A DNA stretch of 64,000 nt from a virus (IMGVR_UViG_3300018018_000003:1959-65958), one strand, 5' to 3'; positions 1 through 11,300 are shown, numbered from the stretch's first letter. The notes: generated from the sequence alone by a model not told the origin. A program made the numbers and translations.

Positions 1-114
1 TTCCTGCTAAAATAAGAATGATAAGAAAAAATCCACCTAATACTGACCATTTAATAGTCAATCTTGTTTCTTTTAAATCTTCACTTTCCATAATTTTGTT
101 TTTAAAGGTTAATA

Positions 115-1521
115 CTAATTTCCATCAATTAATTTATTGATTTCATCCGTTGTCGCAAACTTTATAAAAGTCTCCTTATCCTGATACTTCTGCGATAACC
201 CTGCCTTTCTTGCCAGTTCCAGCCATCTTGGATTATCTATCGGGGGATTAACGGATAGTAAAGCATTGAAAATAGCCTTGCAAGTGCTAAATTCTCTCTG
301 ATCGCCTTTGTCGTAATCCGGAATAGCCAAATTATATTTATTTCCGGCTTTCACTTCTGTTTGCGGTGGAGGAACACTCCCTTCTGGCTTTCTCTCATCA
401 TTCAGATAGGGCACAATGTATTCGGCGAGCTTTCCTTCCTGATGGGCAAAGATAATCTCCCTGAGCTTCTTGTTTGTGTTTTTCCCGGGTATTATCTCCA
501 TTGCCTCAATCATATCGGAATCCTTGTTCACTATCGCTAAAAGGTCAATGGTGGGCATGTCTTCCATTTGTTTGAGGGTTAATCCCGTTGTTGATGCTTC
601 CTCAAAATCAGGATGAGTTATTTCCTCTTCATGGCTTTCTATTGGAGGATCATTAACGGTTTCCGGATGCGACTCATTGATTACTGTCGGAGACATGACT
701 GTCTGCTTGATAGGAGTGACATCTGTCCCCTTTATCGCATCTACAATCTCTTCCTGTGCGAGTTTCTTTATGACCTTACCTGTTAGCTTTCCAGACCTCT
801 CCTGACTGTGAACCTTATCCGGAATAGTGATCTTTGTTCCATCGGGGGTCTCAATGACTTCTGATACATCCGATGTCATATCTTGAGCTTCTTCTGTGAT
901 ATACATATTATTCAGCACATCCCCGAATAAGTCCCTTGCCAGATAGCCGAGAGGTCTGTAATATAGCATCCGTTTCTGATACTTCCACCAGGGAGATGAC
1001 TTGAATTTCCATCCATCTGTACCATTAACCTGTTGTGAGGTAATCCATAGACCGGCTCTCTTTGCATCATTGATAGAGAAGCTCTTTGACAATGTAAGGC
1101 CATTATCCTCCCGAGTTGCGGTTATAGTAACCTCCATATCCTCTCCCTCGATGCTTCCTGTTATAGATTCTTTCCATGAATCCTTGCGGAGTTTTCCTGA
1201 ACTGAATATCATACTCTTTGCCAAATCCCCTTTTATGGTAAGGAGTCCATTGATAGGAATGATATTCTGCAAAGCTGTCATAGCAGGCAGATGAAGTGTT
1301 CCGATGCCATGAACCAATACTCCGGCTACCGCACCCACTTTGCCCTTTGTAAAATCCGGCTTGCCGTCTGGTAGTTTTTCGTAATAGTGATAAGGGATAA
1401 TTTTGCTTTCAAGAAGGAAATTTGCTACTTGCATAGCTCCTTCCAATGTTTCAATTCCTTTTTCGACAAATGTAGTCATCCTACTGTCTGCCGATTTAAT
1501 AATACTTTTGTCTGCTTCCAT
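115..1521 (-). CDS. RecT/Bet-like ssDNA annealing protein with long C-terminal extension
   Basis: N-terminal ~210 aa has the pattern L.AM.ALQNI..ING...I.GD, FS..DAKRAGLW, W.KY.KRML..R of phage RecT-like recombinases; same operon as the YqaJ nuclease. Confidence 0.75.
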   Translation of the reverse strand: MEADKSIIKSADSRMTTFVEKGIETLEGAMQVANFLLESKIIPYHYYEKLPDGKPDFTKGKVGAVAGVLVHGIGTLHLPAMTALQNIIPINGLLTIKGDLAKSMIFSSGKLRKDSWKESITGSIEGEDMEVTITATREDNGLTLSKSFSINDAKRAGLWITSQQVNGTDGWKFKSSPWWKYQKRMLYYRPLGYLARDLFGDVLNNMYITEEAQDMTSDVSEVIETPDGTKITIPDKVHSQERSGKLTGKVIKKLAQEEIVDAIKGTDVTPIKQTVMSPTVINESHPETVNDPPIESHEEEITHPDFEEASTTGLTLKQMEDMPTIDLLAIVNKDSDMIEAMEIIPGKNTNKKLREIIFAHQEGKLAEYIVPYLNDERKPEGSVPPPQTEVKAGNKYNLAIPDYDKGDQREFSTCKAIFNALLSVNPPIDNPRWLELARKAGLSQKYQDKETFIKFATTDEINKLIDGN

Positions 1522-1864
1522 GATTTTTAACTTTATTTAAAGGTTCTACATAATCCGTGTTATACCGCCAGGTGCGGTTTAGCTTGCCATAAGCACCTTT
1601 TCTGCTTTCGTCCCATGAGCATTTAATCAACTTTCCCTCATGCGTAAGGTCTGTGATGGATCTCCGCACCGAAGTAAGCAATATCTGTTCGTTATAAAGA
1701 TACTGTACCCAATTAGCAACTGAAATAGGAGTGAATCTCTTATCAGCATTCTCCCTGAAGAATAAAAGAATCCTTTCCTTTTGTTTCTTTGCCTTTTCCC
1801 GTGCCTTAATCAAGTCTTCCCTTGCAAGTGGCACTGTGTCGTGAAATGTACTCTCTCTTTCCAT
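1496..1864 (-). CDS. winged-helix-like DNA-binding protein
   Basis: LLTSVRRSITDLT..GKL helix followed by a G.YG....W wing, a pattern common in Bacteroidota phage proteins. Confidence 0.5.
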   Translation of the reverse strand: MERESTFHDTVPLAREDLIKAREKAKKQKERILLFFRENADKRFTPISVANWVQYLYNEQILLTSVRRSITDLTHEGKLIKCSWDESRKGAYGKLNRTWRYNTDYVEPLNKVKNHGSRQKYY

Positions 1865-1867
1865 GGC

Positions 1868-2182
1868 TTATCCTTTTATAAGTGCGATTACTTCAAGTTT
1901 CGGATAATAGCGGGTCTTACCATCACGCTCGCTCTTTGTGGCATTTAACAGAAAGGTAACGGTTATCCAGTCGCCATCCTTGATGTCCCCAAGCATACTC
2001 ATAACTTTCTGCCCGAGTTCAAAAGAAACCTCATTGATATAATTTCCCTTGAGGACTTCCATGATAATCAGCCTCGTTATCTTTGTCTGACCGTTTCGTG
2101 TTGTAAACTCCTCTGGAGGACATATCTTTAATAGCCTCCCAGAGATCGAAAATTCATTTACCTGTTTGTTTTGGCTTGCCAT
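1868..2182 (-). CDS. DUF3127 family OB-fold protein (putative SSB)
   Basis: F.ISGRL.KI...EEF, V.FEL, GD.ITVTF.L, GK.RYY..LE; start moved to MASQNK. Confidence 0.7.
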   Translation of the reverse strand: MASQNKQVNEFSISGRLLKICPPEEFTTRNGQTKITRLIIMEVLKGNYINEVSFELGQKVMSMLGDIKDGDWITVTFLLNATKSERDGKTRYYPKLEVIALIKG

Positions 2183-2186
2183 AATC

Positions 2187-2582
2187 TTAATTTTTAAATT
2201 TAAAATACTTAACAAATTCTTTAGGAGGAATGAGTATCTCCCTTTGATCAGGATTCTGGCCCGTTAATTTAATTAACCCATCTTCGAAAGATACGCAAAT
2301 CCATTTACCACCTGTTTGAAGATCAATACAGACCTCCCATAGTCTCGGTAATCCTGCATCCATCCACTCTCGAATATCTTCAAATGGATTAAGGGTTCTT
2401 TTAGAAGGTTCGATTTGGGGCAAATGAAATACAAGATTTGAAATACTTAAATAAGATACTTCAGAATTTTGTTCTATACGATTTTTATTCCACCATTCGC
2501 TCAACCTATAGACTTCATCATCTGTTTCGGGGAAAATATGTAAAACATCATAATCCCCTGCTGTAATAAAATTTGCTCTCAT
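2187..2582 (-). CDS. hypothetical protein
   Basis: ORF in operon context; likely start MRANF just after the rusA stop. Confidence 0.5.
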   Translation of the reverse strand: MRANFITAGDYDVLHIFPETDDEVYRLSEWWNKNRIEQNSEVSYLSISNLVFHLPQIEPSKRTLNPFEDIREWMDAGLPRLWEVCIDLQTGGKWICVSFEDGLIKLTGQNPDQREILIPPKEFVKYFKFKN

Positions 2583-2584
2583 TT

Positions 2585-3001
2585 TTAAATTGTTAATATT
2601 GTTATTTCTGTTCTTGGTTTCTCTGAATAGACTTTCCTTGCCCTTAATTCGCATATCAGGGAGTCGTCCCTGTAATAAATACCTATCAGGCTATCCGTAA
2701 CGAATTTGATAAGATTATCAATGTCCGGACGGCTTGAATGATACTCCGGCGCAGAGTCTTTTAAGAATTGGCTGTTTTTGCCCGTTTTATAATGATTCTT
2801 CGGTCTGTGCATATAGAACACCACTTCAAGGAAGATAATGTCAGAAATGGGCTCTTTTGGGGCAGATTCCTGTAATATCCCTGCAAAGGTCTTCTTCTTC
2901 TCATTGGAGGGATCATAAGTACCGGAAAACTTGCCTCTCGTAAAATGCCTGTGCCTTGCCTGGGCTTTTGGCTCTCCTAATACTGTGAGTTCTATCTTCA
3001 T
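2585..3001 (-). CDS. rusA: RusA-like Holliday junction resolvase
   Basis: GEP.AQ.R.R N-terminus, RPDIDNL.K...D.L.G..Y.DDS.I catalytic motif, KVYSEKPRTEI C-terminus. Confidence 0.9.
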   Translation of the reverse strand: MKIELTVLGEPKAQARHRHFTRGKFSGTYDPSNEKKKTFAGILQESAPKEPISDIIFLEVVFYMHRPKNHYKTGKNSQFLKDSAPEYHSSRPDIDNLIKFVTDSLIGIYYRDDSLICELRARKVYSEKPRTEITILTI

Positions 3002-3237
3002 TCCTTTGTCTTTTGTCCCACAATCCTAATTTGTTCGGGCAGGAAGCATTGAATCTGCCCTGTTGCCACACTTTCACAAATACCTACCGTGTAATTAACT
3101 GCCATATCGTTTATAATATCATATTTCAGACCAAAATGCAAAAGCCAGTAATTCTCCTTGGAGGTAATCAGATTACCCTCTTCGTCTATGTCACCTGCTT
3201 CTATCGTGACCTCGCAATATGTCTTCAGGAAGCTCAT
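2998..3237 (-). CDS. hypothetical protein
   Basis: ATGA overlap with rusA; operon context. Confidence 0.55.
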   Translation of the reverse strand: MSFLKTYCEVTIEAGDIDEEGNLITSKENYWLLHFGLKYDIINDMAVNYTVGICESVATGQIQCFLPEQIRIVGQKTKE

Positions 3238-3595
3238 TCGGTTTATCGTATTTGAAATAATGTCCTTTTCTTGTCATCGCACCCGTCCTCAATGCCCTTA
3301 TCATCCCGTTCTTGCTCAATCCCACGGCCTTTCTTGCATCGCTTATGCTGTCAAACCTCTCTATGACTTTATGATCCGAGTTCTCCTGTATGACGGCTTT
3401 CTCCTGGCTCTGGTTATAATCCTTCACCCTTGCATCGTATCCTATGGCGTACATCCATCCAAGATACTTCTCTGCCGTCTCCCATGATATTGCAGGTATA
3501 TGATCACCGTCATAAACCATCGTGAGAATAAGCCCCTGCTCCTTCATCCATAGCTTTGCTTTCCTTATGGCGATGTCTCGTGTCATTAATAGCAA
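3191..3595 (-). CDS. protein with C-terminal NUMOD1-like DNA-binding motif
   Basis: K.V.Q......VI..F.SI.DA.K.VG.....I..AL......KG..FKY. Confidence 0.55.
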   Translation of the reverse strand: MLLMTRDIAIRKAKLWMKEQGLILTMVYDGDHIPAISWETAEKYLGWMYAIGYDARVKDYNQSQEKAVIQENSDHKVIERFDSISDARKAVGLSKNGMIRALRTGAMTRKGHYFKYDKPNELPEDILRGHDRSR

Positions 3596-4695
3596 TTAAG
3601 GTCTATCTTCTTAAATTCATTCAATAACTGCTCATCAGACGGCTTCTCCTTGATCTTATTAGAAGCCACACGGTTCTTTGACCCTTTCCTCTCGCCCCAA
3701 AGGAAACTGCCCAATTTACCAAAGTCTATGGCCTCTGCTCCACTATTTACAAGGTCATGGATAAGAGTATTGGCTATCTCTGACCGTGCATCATCAATGA
3801 GATTCTTAACTCCCATGAGAACTTTGTCTTTCTTGCAGAGGTCATAAAGCCTCATCGTACCCTCTATGCTCGGCCTCTCCTCCAGAAACTTCTTATTCAT
3901 AAAATCCCTGTAAGCATCTGAACTATCAGGCTCCGGCTCGTATCTTGTTATCTCCGCATCCCACTTCTCAATCTCATGCACATTGCCCATCTTTTCTGCC
4001 TCTCTCTTCTTGGCAAATGCCTCCTTTGCAGGGACTACCCTTTCATACCACCATTTCTTTGAGATATTTATTAGACTATTACAGAGAGCCTCATCCCTTG
4101 TCACTTTTTCGATTATTAATTCATTTCCATCCTTTAAAATTGCTAATTCTGCATAATCAGCCTCAAGAATTATCATATAGACATGTATCTGTGCTATATA
4201 TGAAGGAGGAATGCCATCTTCCCAGGATCTCGATGCATTATAAGAAAGGCATTTGCATTCAAGAATAGCCTCAGTCTTTAAGGGTTCCCCTGTCAGGAGG
4301 TTAATGCCACCCTTAATGTTCATCAACCGGTCAATAGACCCAAATAGCCATGGATATTTTGGATTGACTACAAAACCATTCAGATTCCTGCAGGAGCGAA
4401 TGACCTTTTGGTTCTTGAAATTTTCGATATAACCGGTCTCGCTCCCGTCATAGTATTGCCAGAGATCGGCTATTTTTTCTTCAAGGTATCTGCCAAAAAA
4501 CATTTTTGGATTATCAGGTACTTCCGTAAGTACGTCTCCTGTTTTGTTGTGAAAATGGTAAATCGTCCGATTATATTCAGGTTTTACAAGACCACAAATA
4601 TCAGAAATTTCCGATCCTCCTATACCGTTCCTGCGGAAATCGAACCATTCCTTCGTATGCGAAGGAATCCTTGTTATTATTAAATCACTTCTCAT
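3586..4695 (-). CDS. YqaJ/lambda-exonuclease-family recombination nuclease
   Basis: EW...RR.GIGGSEI..I.G, G..LE..IA, HP/YPWL.GS.D, LECK, Y.AQ...YM. Confidence 0.9.
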   Translation of the reverse strand: MRSDLIITRIPSHTKEWFDFRRNGIGGSEISDICGLVKPEYNRTIYHFHNKTGDVLTEVPDNPKMFFGRYLEEKIADLWQYYDGSETGYIENFKNQKVIRSCRNLNGFVVNPKYPWLFGSIDRLMNIKGGINLLTGEPLKTEAILECKCLSYNASRSWEDGIPPSYIAQIHVYMIILEADYAELAILKDGNELIIEKVTRDEALCNSLINISKKWWYERVVPAKEAFAKKREAEKMGNVHEIEKWDAEITRYEPEPDSSDAYRDFMNKKFLEERPSIEGTMRLYDLCKKDKVLMGVKNLIDDARSEIANTLIHDLVNSGAEAIDFGKLGSFLWGERKGSKNRVASNKIKEKPSDEQLLNEFKKIDLNCY

Positions 4696-4699
4696 ATCA

Positions 4700-5128
4700 T
4701 CATAAGTTTAATCCGTGAGGAGGCCTCATCCCTTCCAGTTGCAATGGCAATAGCTCTTTATAGAGTTCTCCCATGAGTTCGCATAAGAGGTCTGCCTGCG
4801 ATCTCATCATCTCAACTTCCTGTTTTCCGTCATTGCTGATATTATTATACCAGTTGTCATAAATCTTAGACATCTTGTTTACAAGGTTTTCATGCTGCCC
4901 GACAAGATTCCTCCCTGCCTTATAGAAGTGGTTCAATGCCTCAAGCCTTGCCCTGAGCATCTTTAGCTTCTCCTGCCCGACTGCTTTCTGCTTATCGTCT
5001 TTCCATTGATAATTTGCATCGGAGCAAATCCTTTCAGCATCAAAGACCTGCTTTTCCAATTTGTCAAGCTCTTCGGATTTGTACCATTCAAGGAGCTTAC
5101 TGAAGACATAATCATTTACGTTACTCAT
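4700..5128 (-). CDS. hypothetical coiled-coil protein
   Basis: 142 aa helical ORF in operon context. Confidence 0.55.
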   Translation of the reverse strand: MSNVNDYVFSKLLEWYKSEELDKLEKQVFDAERICSDANYQWKDDKQKAVGQEKLKMLRARLEALNHFYKAGRNLVGQHENLVNKMSKIYDNWYNNISNDGKQEVEMMRSQADLLCELMGELYKELLPLQLEGMRPPHGLNL

Positions 5129-5267
5129 ATATATACATTATTTGTGATTCCTCAATGCCATAATCGGACTTCTCCTCTGTTGATCCACATTACCTTATAT
5201 CTCTGTGGCTTTCCTGAATTTATAGAAACATCCACTTCCTGCAAAAGTTTGATCTTTATTTTACTCT

Positions 5268-5501
5268 TCATAGCATCTCCATTAGTTTTTCTTCAAGCCA
5301 TTTAACATAATCAAGATCCGGAAACTCCATCCATTTGGATTCCCCATCTCTTCCTATCATATCAAGAAAGCTATCATCTAAATCATTGCCGTCAAGAATC
5401 ACATCTCCCATCCTTCCAACTCTGACATAACAGGAAATCTCAATTGGAACTTGAGATGTTTCAGCCTTATATTTCATCCGCAATTCTACTTTACTCTTCA
5501 T
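5268..5501 (-). CDS. hypothetical protein
   Basis: 77 aa; C-terminal DYVKWLEEKL motif frequent in small phage proteins. Confidence 0.55.
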   Translation of the reverse strand: MKSKVELRMKYKAETSQVPIEISCYVRVGRMGDVILDGNDLDDSFLDMIGRDGESKWMEFPDLDYVKWLEEKLMEML

Positions 5502-5748
5502 AGATATACATTATTCGTTGTTCCTCAATACCAAAATACTCCTCACCGTCAATGGTGACAATGCTCGCAGCCTTTCGGTTGAACTGAACCCTCATGCCCG
5601 TTTTTACCTCATTACAAGCATCCCCTGCCTTTATTATCGTTCCGGTAAGGGGCAACATCTCTTTTGATGTCTCAGGCACCAAAACGCTTCCTTTTGCCTC
5701 TGGGAGCTTATCAAGCCTGATTAAAACTGAATTGCCTAATATTTCCAT
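5491..5748 (-). CDS. groES: GroES-like co-chaperonin
   Basis: LGN.VLI, G.V.VPET.KE....GTI...G......VK.G..V.F, V.IDGEEY..I.E..I. Confidence 0.85.
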   Translation of the reverse strand: MEILGNSVLIRLDKLPEAKGSVLVPETSKEMLPLTGTIIKAGDACNEVKTGMRVQFNRKAASIVTIDGEEYFGIEEQRIMYIYEE

Positions 5749-5758
5749 AAATTAAAAA

Positions 5759-7744
5759 TTAAAATGGAAGGTCTGAATTATCTTCTTTCCCGTTAAATGT
5801 ATCATCGTCATCATCTTTGGCGGCAGGATTCAGCTTGCCTACGACAGGGGCATTCTTCTTCTTTTCCTCCCACACATAAAACCTCCCCCCCTTGGCGGAA
5901 TCCATCTTCAGCTTCGTCTTATCCATCTTTCCCTCCTCCTCAAACCGTATCTTCTCCGTCCTGAGTATCGTAGGCACATCTGAATCAACATAGTATTTAT
6001 CATCCTCATCGGCATCATCAGGTATCTCATCATTGGGCTTCTTCCTGTTCATATAACGGTGAAGTATTATCCCCGTATCCGGCTTCTCCTTCCATGCCGA
6101 GCTCCCCTTGATGTCATAAAGGCATGGCATCCTGTAATTAATCCCCACCTTCTCAATCTTTGTCGGATGGGCAATGATTATTCCATGGACATCGTAAGCA
6201 TCGTTGAAATTAATAAGATAATCCAATTGTCTGCTTATAAAGGTGCTCTCCGTCATGTTCCTTGGCTGTTCATGCTCGATCTTGTTCCACGCATCAATGA
6301 CATAACCAAAGATATTCTCTGTCTTCTTCAGGTATTTGAGGTATTCCAAGATAGACTCCATGGTATTCACCTTATCGCTCTTTATCTTGCCGTTCCAGCT
6401 CTCAAAGTTCTTGCTGTTAGGCGATATTATAAAGAAATGCTTCTCTATGTATCTCATGGTCTTATCCCGAAGCTCCTTGCTCATCGAGTTCTTCCATCCC
6501 TCCCTGTAGAACTGTCCTGTCCATACCTCCGCTATTTTGGCAAACTCCCTTGCTTCAGGCACGTTCTCCGGTGTGAATAATGCAAATTTAAGGTTCAGCT
6601 TCTCATTATGCCTTATAAGTTCGCATATATACCAACGTATAAACGTTGACTTACCGGCACTTGGTAGCCCCGTAATTACAGTAAGATGCTTTGGTTTAAG
6701 AGTAAACAGTCTGTCCACTTCCGGAATGCCTATGCCAAGCCCCGGTGTGAAACCGTTCTTCACTATCATCTCCAACTCTTCCCTGCACATGGAAGGCTTT
6801 ATTATTCCTCCTACGGGGAATGACGAAAGGTTCTGATAGCAGTCATCCACTCCTTCCTGATTAAGAGCCTTGAGTCCTTTCTTTTTATCCCCCGCCCATA
6901 CCTCGTTGATGTCCTTATAACCTACGGGATATTGTATGTACTTGCATCTCTCCTTGCCGATAATAAGCGCCAGATGATTTTTGAGTTTGATACCTGGCGC
7001 ATCATTATCGGTGGAAAACACATGTAAATCCGCATCTGCAATCTTGCTCTTTGTATAAGGATCATTGATATAATCAAACTCATGGTCAAAGTTCTTCGCA
7101 TCGGGATTGGGAGCCCCTGATGGAACACTCAGTACATTCTTATATCCTGCCTGAATCCATGTCAATCTATCCACATGACCCTCTGTCCAGATGATTATCT
7201 TCTTCTCATCAGGAGGGAAATTAAGGTCTTCCAATCCCCATGGTAGCGTCCTTGATCCATCTTCTTTCTTTATGTTCCACCATTTAGGAGAGTCCTGACC
7301 TGCCTTCCACCTTATATCAAGGAATTTGGCATCTACAAGCGTATAGCCTATGTATGTAGGGAATCCAAGGATTGGCTTTGACCCTTCTGCCGACCTCCTT
7401 GAAAATTCGTAAACCTTATGCTTTAAGGGTATTTTAATGTCTATTCCCCGCGACTGCCAATACTCCCTGACTTCTTTGGAATAGGTATCTGCGATCTGCT
7501 TTGGCATCTTGGACTTCTCCTGAACCTTTGCATACTGCTCCATATCTTCAAGATTGCCACTCCATCCGCAATGGACATGGTGACACTTAAACCACCTATT
7601 CCCCGGCTCATCATTAACTGTTAAACATGGAGAATTTTTATGATGTTGGCGGGTATTATTGCAGTGAGGGCAAATAACCGAATAACGGGTTCTGCCAGAA
7701 ACAGGAGTAAATTTTATTCCAAGTTCGCTAAATGTTGTTGCCAC
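5759..7744 (-). CDS. T7 gp4/Twinkle-like DNA primase-helicase
   Basis: Zn finger CPHC...CHH..CGWSG; TOPRIM TEG..D and DND; KDINE; Walker A GLPSAGKST; IAHPTK; YDIKGS. Confidence 0.92.
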   Translation of the reverse strand: MATTFSELGIKFTPVSGRTRYSVICPHCNNTRQHHKNSPCLTVNDEPGNRWFKCHHVHCGWSGNLEDMEQYAKVQEKSKMPKQIADTYSKEVREYWQSRGIDIKIPLKHKVYEFSRRSAEGSKPILGFPTYIGYTLVDAKFLDIRWKAGQDSPKWWNIKKEDGSRTLPWGLEDLNFPPDEKKIIIWTEGHVDRLTWIQAGYKNVLSVPSGAPNPDAKNFDHEFDYINDPYTKSKIADADLHVFSTDNDAPGIKLKNHLALIIGKERCKYIQYPVGYKDINEVWAGDKKKGLKALNQEGVDDCYQNLSSFPVGGIIKPSMCREELEMIVKNGFTPGLGIGIPEVDRLFTLKPKHLTVITGLPSAGKSTFIRWYICELIRHNEKLNLKFALFTPENVPEAREFAKIAEVWTGQFYREGWKNSMSKELRDKTMRYIEKHFFIISPNSKNFESWNGKIKSDKVNTMESILEYLKYLKKTENIFGYVIDAWNKIEHEQPRNMTESTFISRQLDYLINFNDAYDVHGIIIAHPTKIEKVGINYRMPCLYDIKGSSAWKEKPDTGIILHRYMNRKKPNDEIPDDADEDDKYYVDSDVPTILRTEKIRFEEEGKMDKTKLKMDSAKGGRFYVWEEKKKNAPVVGKLNPAAKDDDDDTFNGKEDNSDLPF

Positions 7745-7933
7745 TTAATATACTTTTGGTAGATATATTATTAACCATTTGCCAATAAGAATAGATTTTG
7801 AATATCCATTTCTTTCACTTAAAGGAAGTTCATACTTTGTGATATTCCTGATCATCAATCCCCTTCCGAATATTCTGAACCACATTAATCCCCTTTCACA
7901 ATAAAAACAAAATATCCTTCTGATTTTACTCAT
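7745..7933 (-). CDS. small hypothetical protein
   Basis: coupled to both neighbours (ATGA overlap; stop abuts the primase start). Confidence 0.5.
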   Translation of the reverse strand: MSKIRRIFCFYCERGLMWFRIFGRGLMIRNITKYELPLSERNGYSKSILIGKWLIIYLPKVY

Positions 7934-8283
7934 AGCTTCACATATCTTTCTGACTTATCGTTTCTTACGATGAATTTAGGTCCAGTTCCATCGGAACTTG
8001 GATGCGGATAACAGAAATCCAGCTTTAATCCGAATCTGTTAGCCGTGAATGTAGGACGCACCATATTATTAATGGTGGATACCTTCAGCCCTGAAATATC
8101 GCAGAACTGATCTATCGTCCACACATTATAACGCATCAGAAGCCTCACCTGTGACTCTTCCGTATAAGGGCATTTGCAATCCTTTGTCTCCTCTTTGAGC
8201 CTAGCAAACAGCTTCTTTATGAGCTCTGGGTCTGTCTTTACAAAGACTACCTCTATATTAAGTGCTTTGCATTCTTCTTCCAT
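7930..8283 (-). CDS. HTH-like protein, first gene of the replication operon
   Basis: WTIDQFCDISGLKVSTINNM resembles a helix-turn-helix; directly below a promoter. Confidence 0.5.
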   Translation of the reverse strand: MEEECKALNIEVVFVKTDPELIKKLFARLKEETKDCKCPYTEESQVRLLMRYNVWTIDQFCDISGLKVSTINNMVRPTFTANRFGLKLDFCYPHPSSDGTGPKFIVRNDKSERYVKL

Positions 8284-8302
8284 GACAAATAAAATTATGC
8301 TA

Positions 8303-8334
8303 CAAATTTATATAATATAATAATATCAAACAAA
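8303..8334 (-). promoter_or_regulatory. Bacteroidota primary-sigma promoter for the replication operon
   Basis: minus strand TTTG-N20-TAAATTTG. Confidence 0.8.
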
Positions 8335-8399
8335 TATTTTAGGATATTTTTTATTGTTTTGTTGAAAAATATGTAAAAAAGTGCAGTAGCCCCTTATTT

Positions 8400-11300
8400 T
8401 TAAGGGTTCTCTGATTCGGCTTTTTTATTACGGAACGTAGCACTTGCTATATTGGTTGCCTGTTCCTCGGCTTGTCGTGCCATTTCCTTGAGCAGATTTG
8501 TTTCTTTGGGTTCTTCATCGGTAAGAGTCATGCCTCTCTGCCATGTCTGTTTCTTGGCTTTCTCAAATGCCTCTTTTGTGAGCCCTCCAGGGACAAATCC
8601 CTTTAACATATTGAGATAGTTCGTCCAATAGATGTTGGCATAGCGTTCCTTATCCTCTGCGGTCAGTGGCTTCTGTAAGTAATAATCGGGCACTTTCGGG
8701 GCTTTGAGAACTTGGTTGTTCTTTAATAGCATATATTCTTCCGGATATTTCTTTTGGAACTCCACACCATTAAGCACATTAAACCTCCTTGTCATGCCCT
8801 CTCTCATCTTTGTACCATTCTCTTTTATGAAAGGGTCATCGGGATTCCACTTGCTATACATCATCGTAAGGCTGTCTATCTCTTGATTTACGGGTATCAT
8901 CTCTTTAAGCGAGTGATTTATCTCACTTGCCCTTACCCTGTCTGCAGCCTTCTCTATTCGTGTCAGGGCATCACCTGTGGCACCGTTTTCTATTGCTCTT
9001 TGAACTGTCCTGTTATAATCTCCCTCGGCATCACCCATGCTTTTTGCAAGATCGGCATATTCGCCTACGGTATATTCAAGCTGTCTCTCCATGTGAGCCT
9101 TTAACTCCGGATCATTAAACTGCTGTACTTTGATGACATTATTAAGGAGTGACTGTATTATAGTCCTCTTCCTGCCGTAATAATCAAGTTTCCCCGTCAT
9201 CGCATCGTAAATATCCTCTCCTGACCGGAAGAAAGGCACCTGACTCCTTGCCGCATAATGAAGGACATTTATAATTCTACTCCATGTACTTGGATTAGGG
9301 TCTCGCCATTTATTTGATGTTGGATTTGATATTGACTGATTGCGGAAGTCCCTGTCTGCAAGAACCGCTGATCCTACAAATCCCCATGTAGCATCACCAA
9401 ATACTGCGGTTGGAAACAGTTTACTTTTATCTTTCTTTTGAAACTGAAAGGGCAGGAATTTGCTTAAATCGGATAGTGTAGCACTATTATCCTCGCCTAC
9501 ATAGTTATACATAGGGCTCAGGTATCTTGCGGCATTTACCTCCGATTTACCCACCTTGAAACTTAATGGTATGGATAGTCCAAATGGAAGGCTTATCTGC
9601 GGAGTGCCTTTCCTGTGCTCCCTCTCTTTCTTTTGTTCCGGTGTCTCCCCTGACATATAGCTGAATGTAGCCCCTATGGCGCTTATAAGGGCGAGATTGC
9701 CTATCGTGGTAAGCGGGTTCATTGTTATGCCATTGAGCATTATCCTCTGCATGTCTGCCTGGAACTTGACGAATGTGGGGCCTATAAGTGGAGTCTTTGA
9801 TGCCACGTCCCATAGCTTACCTATGTGTGCATAGTTACGGAACGAGTCATAAACCCTCCTCACAGCCTGATCATGTGTCAATCCCTGCTTCCTGCAAATC
9901 AAATAAGCCGCTCCCTTGACATTATTCTCCACATCAATATAATTCTGCCCTGCGAGCTTCTGTCCCCTGTTAAACAGCGTCCTTGCCTTGTCTATGAGGG
10001 TCTGATCACCCGTGAGGGTCTGATACATACTTGTCTTCTTTGCAAAGTCCGGTATCTTCTCCCCTGTCACTCCCGACTCCAATAACACTCCGGATTTCTC
10101 CACTGCCTTATACAGAGCCGTCCTGTTCTTTGCTTCTTTCTTCCAGTTCTCTTTCTCTACAAGTATCTCCAAGGGATTAAAGCCATTGATGGCACCAAAG
10201 AAATGCGATCCTGTATAGTTGCCTGTCTGGACAAAAGGATTAAGGCTTGTCCTCCATGCCCTGTAAAACTGATTAAACTTCTGCCTGTTATATACCTTAA
10301 AGGCATCGTACCACGTGTTTGCTGCGGTATTGGCAAAATGAAATCCTGTGAAGTCCTCCACTATGCTATGAAGGACTGCCTTATTTCTAAATGGACCCCA
10401 TTTTCGGAAGTTGCCAAGTAAATCAAATCCTTTCGGCACATCTTCTCCCGGCTTCAGAGTCCTGACAAAATTAGGATGATTGTCAACTATGGAGTTCATA
10501 TATTTTATACGAGCATCATTCTGAATAGTCTGTCTTACCCTTAATGCCGTAAGATAGGCAGGATCTTTTATTGCATGTTCCTGCATAGCCTCATTGACCT
10601 CCTGACGAGCCTTGTATATCCCTGTGATGATACCATTATCGCCAGTCTGTGTCAATGCCCTCATCTCTGCCGTAAGCCTATCTTCATCTTCCTGCAGGTG
10701 GGTGTCATATTCCCTTCCGAGATACTGGACTTCTCCGGTATTAGGGTCTTTGAACTTCATATAGGTCTTCGCATCAATAAATCCATTGGCGAAGGTCGTC
10801 TCATGCACCCATGTGTTCCAGTCCCTCACTGCCCAATAGAGGTTCTTCTCGGAGTTAGATAGATCGCCATATTTCTTTGGCTTTGTGGATAACTCGGGGT
10901 CAAGGACATCAAAGACATTCTCCAATGATTCCTCACTTCCTCCCACTATATCCCTGAGGTTATTCATAAGCCACTGGCTCTCATTACGGGCAAATATACC
11001 CGATGTACCTCTCATCTCCAATTCCCCCACCTGTACTTTCTTTCCCGACTCATCCGTACCAAAGGTGTCTTTCTGCGTCCTTGCAAGTCCCCTGTATGCC
11101 ATCTCTGCGAACTTAGCAAGATTCCTTATTGCATTATTCTGCGATTCGAGTCCTGCCTGAAGCCTGTTTGCAATGGCATCACTTACTTTATCCCTCAATG
11201 GAGCAAAGAGATGCTTCCATAAGACTGTATTGCCCTTGCTTATCACATCAGGAGGCAATATCCGCATCTGTAGCTTATCATCCTCGTCTTTAAGATTCTT

